Origin: Takakia lepidozioides
Taxonomy: Eukaryota > Plantae > Bryophyta
DNA length: 64,000 bases
Assembly: GCA_030704615.1 (NCBI GenBank)
Contig: CM060734.1
Span: forward strand, 23,312,001 to 23,376,000
Direction: 5' to 3'
The notes below the pieces were generated by a model. It was given only the letters and a program-made list of their open reading frames with translations, was not told the origin of the DNA and searched no databases. The first letter of the stretch is position 1. Every line of letters starts with the position of its first letter. This document shows, in pieces, positions 62,831-64,000 of this stretch. A program made the translations under genes and the position numbers.

Positions 62831-63052
62831 AATTTATTCTTTCTGACCAGGATATCTTTTAGAGATTATTATTATTTTCATAATAATATGTATTTTTGTA
62901 TTAGTCTTTAGACGGTTAAGGCGGTTATAATTTTAAGATTTTTAGTTTTCTTTCTCTCATAAGTTGAAAAGGGGGATATGGTGAGAGATAGGAGCGGGGC
63001 AACCTCCTTATAAATATTTCTTTCTTGAGATATCTTTGAAACAAATTATAAG

Positions 63053-63517
63053 ATGTTAAGCAAATACATGACGATTGAGAGAAGAGCAAGTGAGGATGTA
63101 GAGTTGTCAACAATACCGATGAAGGTGGTGAAATCAATAGAGGGATTGAACGTGGATGCTTTATTACTGGGGCCAGAGCAGCGTCAATTGTTTAGACGGG
63201 CTGGATTGTATGAATTTTTGCAATGGTCCAGGCAATTACCAAACTCTTCTACTTTGATCAGTGAATTCATGCATAATTATAATACCATAGATGGAGAGAG
63301 CAAAGTAGGAGATAAGACGATCTTGGTGAGTGCTGAGATGCTCCACAAGATCATGTTTCTACCAATTTCAGACATGCATGTGGAAAGCGAGAGGTTCAAA
63401 GAAATGGAAGATCCGGGGAAATTTTTCCAGAAAGGCTCTTTAAGTCCAAAACATTCAAATGGTTGGGACGGTGGCCGAGGAGGGCGTGATTTGAAGCCAA
63501 TCTATTTGGAAGGATGA
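63053..63517 (+). CDS. Extra 3' ORF of the gypsy element (Athila/Tat 3'-ORF-like fragment)
   Basis: LFRRAGLYEFLQW...LISEFMHNYN...SKVGDKTILVSAEMLHKIMFLP. Same position relative to integrase and similar pattern to the ORF at ~3090-3290. Confidence 0.5.
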   Translation: MLSKYMTIERRASEDVELSTIPMKVVKSIEGLNVDALLLGPEQRQLFRRAGLYEFLQWSRQLPNSSTLISEFMHNYNTIDGESKVGDKTILVSAEMLHKIMFLPISDMHVESERFKEMEDPGKFFQKGSLSPKHSNGWDGGRGGRDLKPIYLEG

Positions 63518-64000
63518 GGGTTTTGTGGAATAGTAGGTGGTCTTCTGATAACGGCTAAAGTGCTAGGATCTACTTCACACTCTCCGGCCACGAGGCAGAA
63601 ATGGCTAAGTGCTCGGCACTTTCAAAAACAGCAGAGGACGGGCCACACCACCACGTGGAGCAGTAGTGGGGAGTGTAGCAGCCATGGGCTGTGAACCACG
63701 ATATCACACGACCACGTCGCAATTAGGCTTATTGGTAGGAGAAGTAGTGAGGGACCGTGGGCCGCCCCTGTACCACTAAGGCACACGACACACGATACGC
63801 AGCCACTACACGGGCCACTTTTTTGGCAAAACCTTTTTAGGTTTGCGTAGGCAGTTAGCAACAGACAGTAACGACCGTTATAGATGTAAAATGGCTCTTT
63901 CGAGCAGAGTAGAAAAGGACTGCACGTAACTTAGGAAATATCAGTGTATCAGTGTGGAATCAGAGCGATTCAATGTGTACTTATGCTATGATGTGGGGAC

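Overview
Eukaryotic, transposon-dense window, most likely from a non-seed land plant (inferred from PLS-class PPR relics, GT-AG introns and plant-type gene families). Two plausible intact host genes lie on the minus strand: a multi-exon START/polyketide-cyclase-superfamily gene (~18.6-26.9 kb) and a U11/U12 snRNP 48K homologue (~37.9-41.2 kb). The rest is nested, decayed mobile DNA: four Ty3/gypsy relics, two L1-like LINEs, two MULE/SWIM-type elements, a pogo-like DDE element, a CACTA fragment, a piggyBac-like MITE and a PPR pseudogene array. The standout theme is chromatin or DNA-modifying cargo inside mobile elements. (1) A gypsy polyprotein has a DNMT3-like C5 cytosine methyltransferase, RT, RNase H, integrase and a PHD finger all in one reading frame (5.6-9.6 kb). 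(2) A spliced gene with a ParB/Srx-like domain and an amino-methyltransferase-like domain sits head-to-head with a MULE/SWIM transposase, with five copies of a 22-bp palindrome in its non-coding parts (53.9-59.8 kb). (3) A SET-domain-like gene lies next to a CACTA transposase fragment (49.3-52.0 kb). All copies here are pseudogenised or truncated. Domain calls come from motif recognition by eye, not from database searches.
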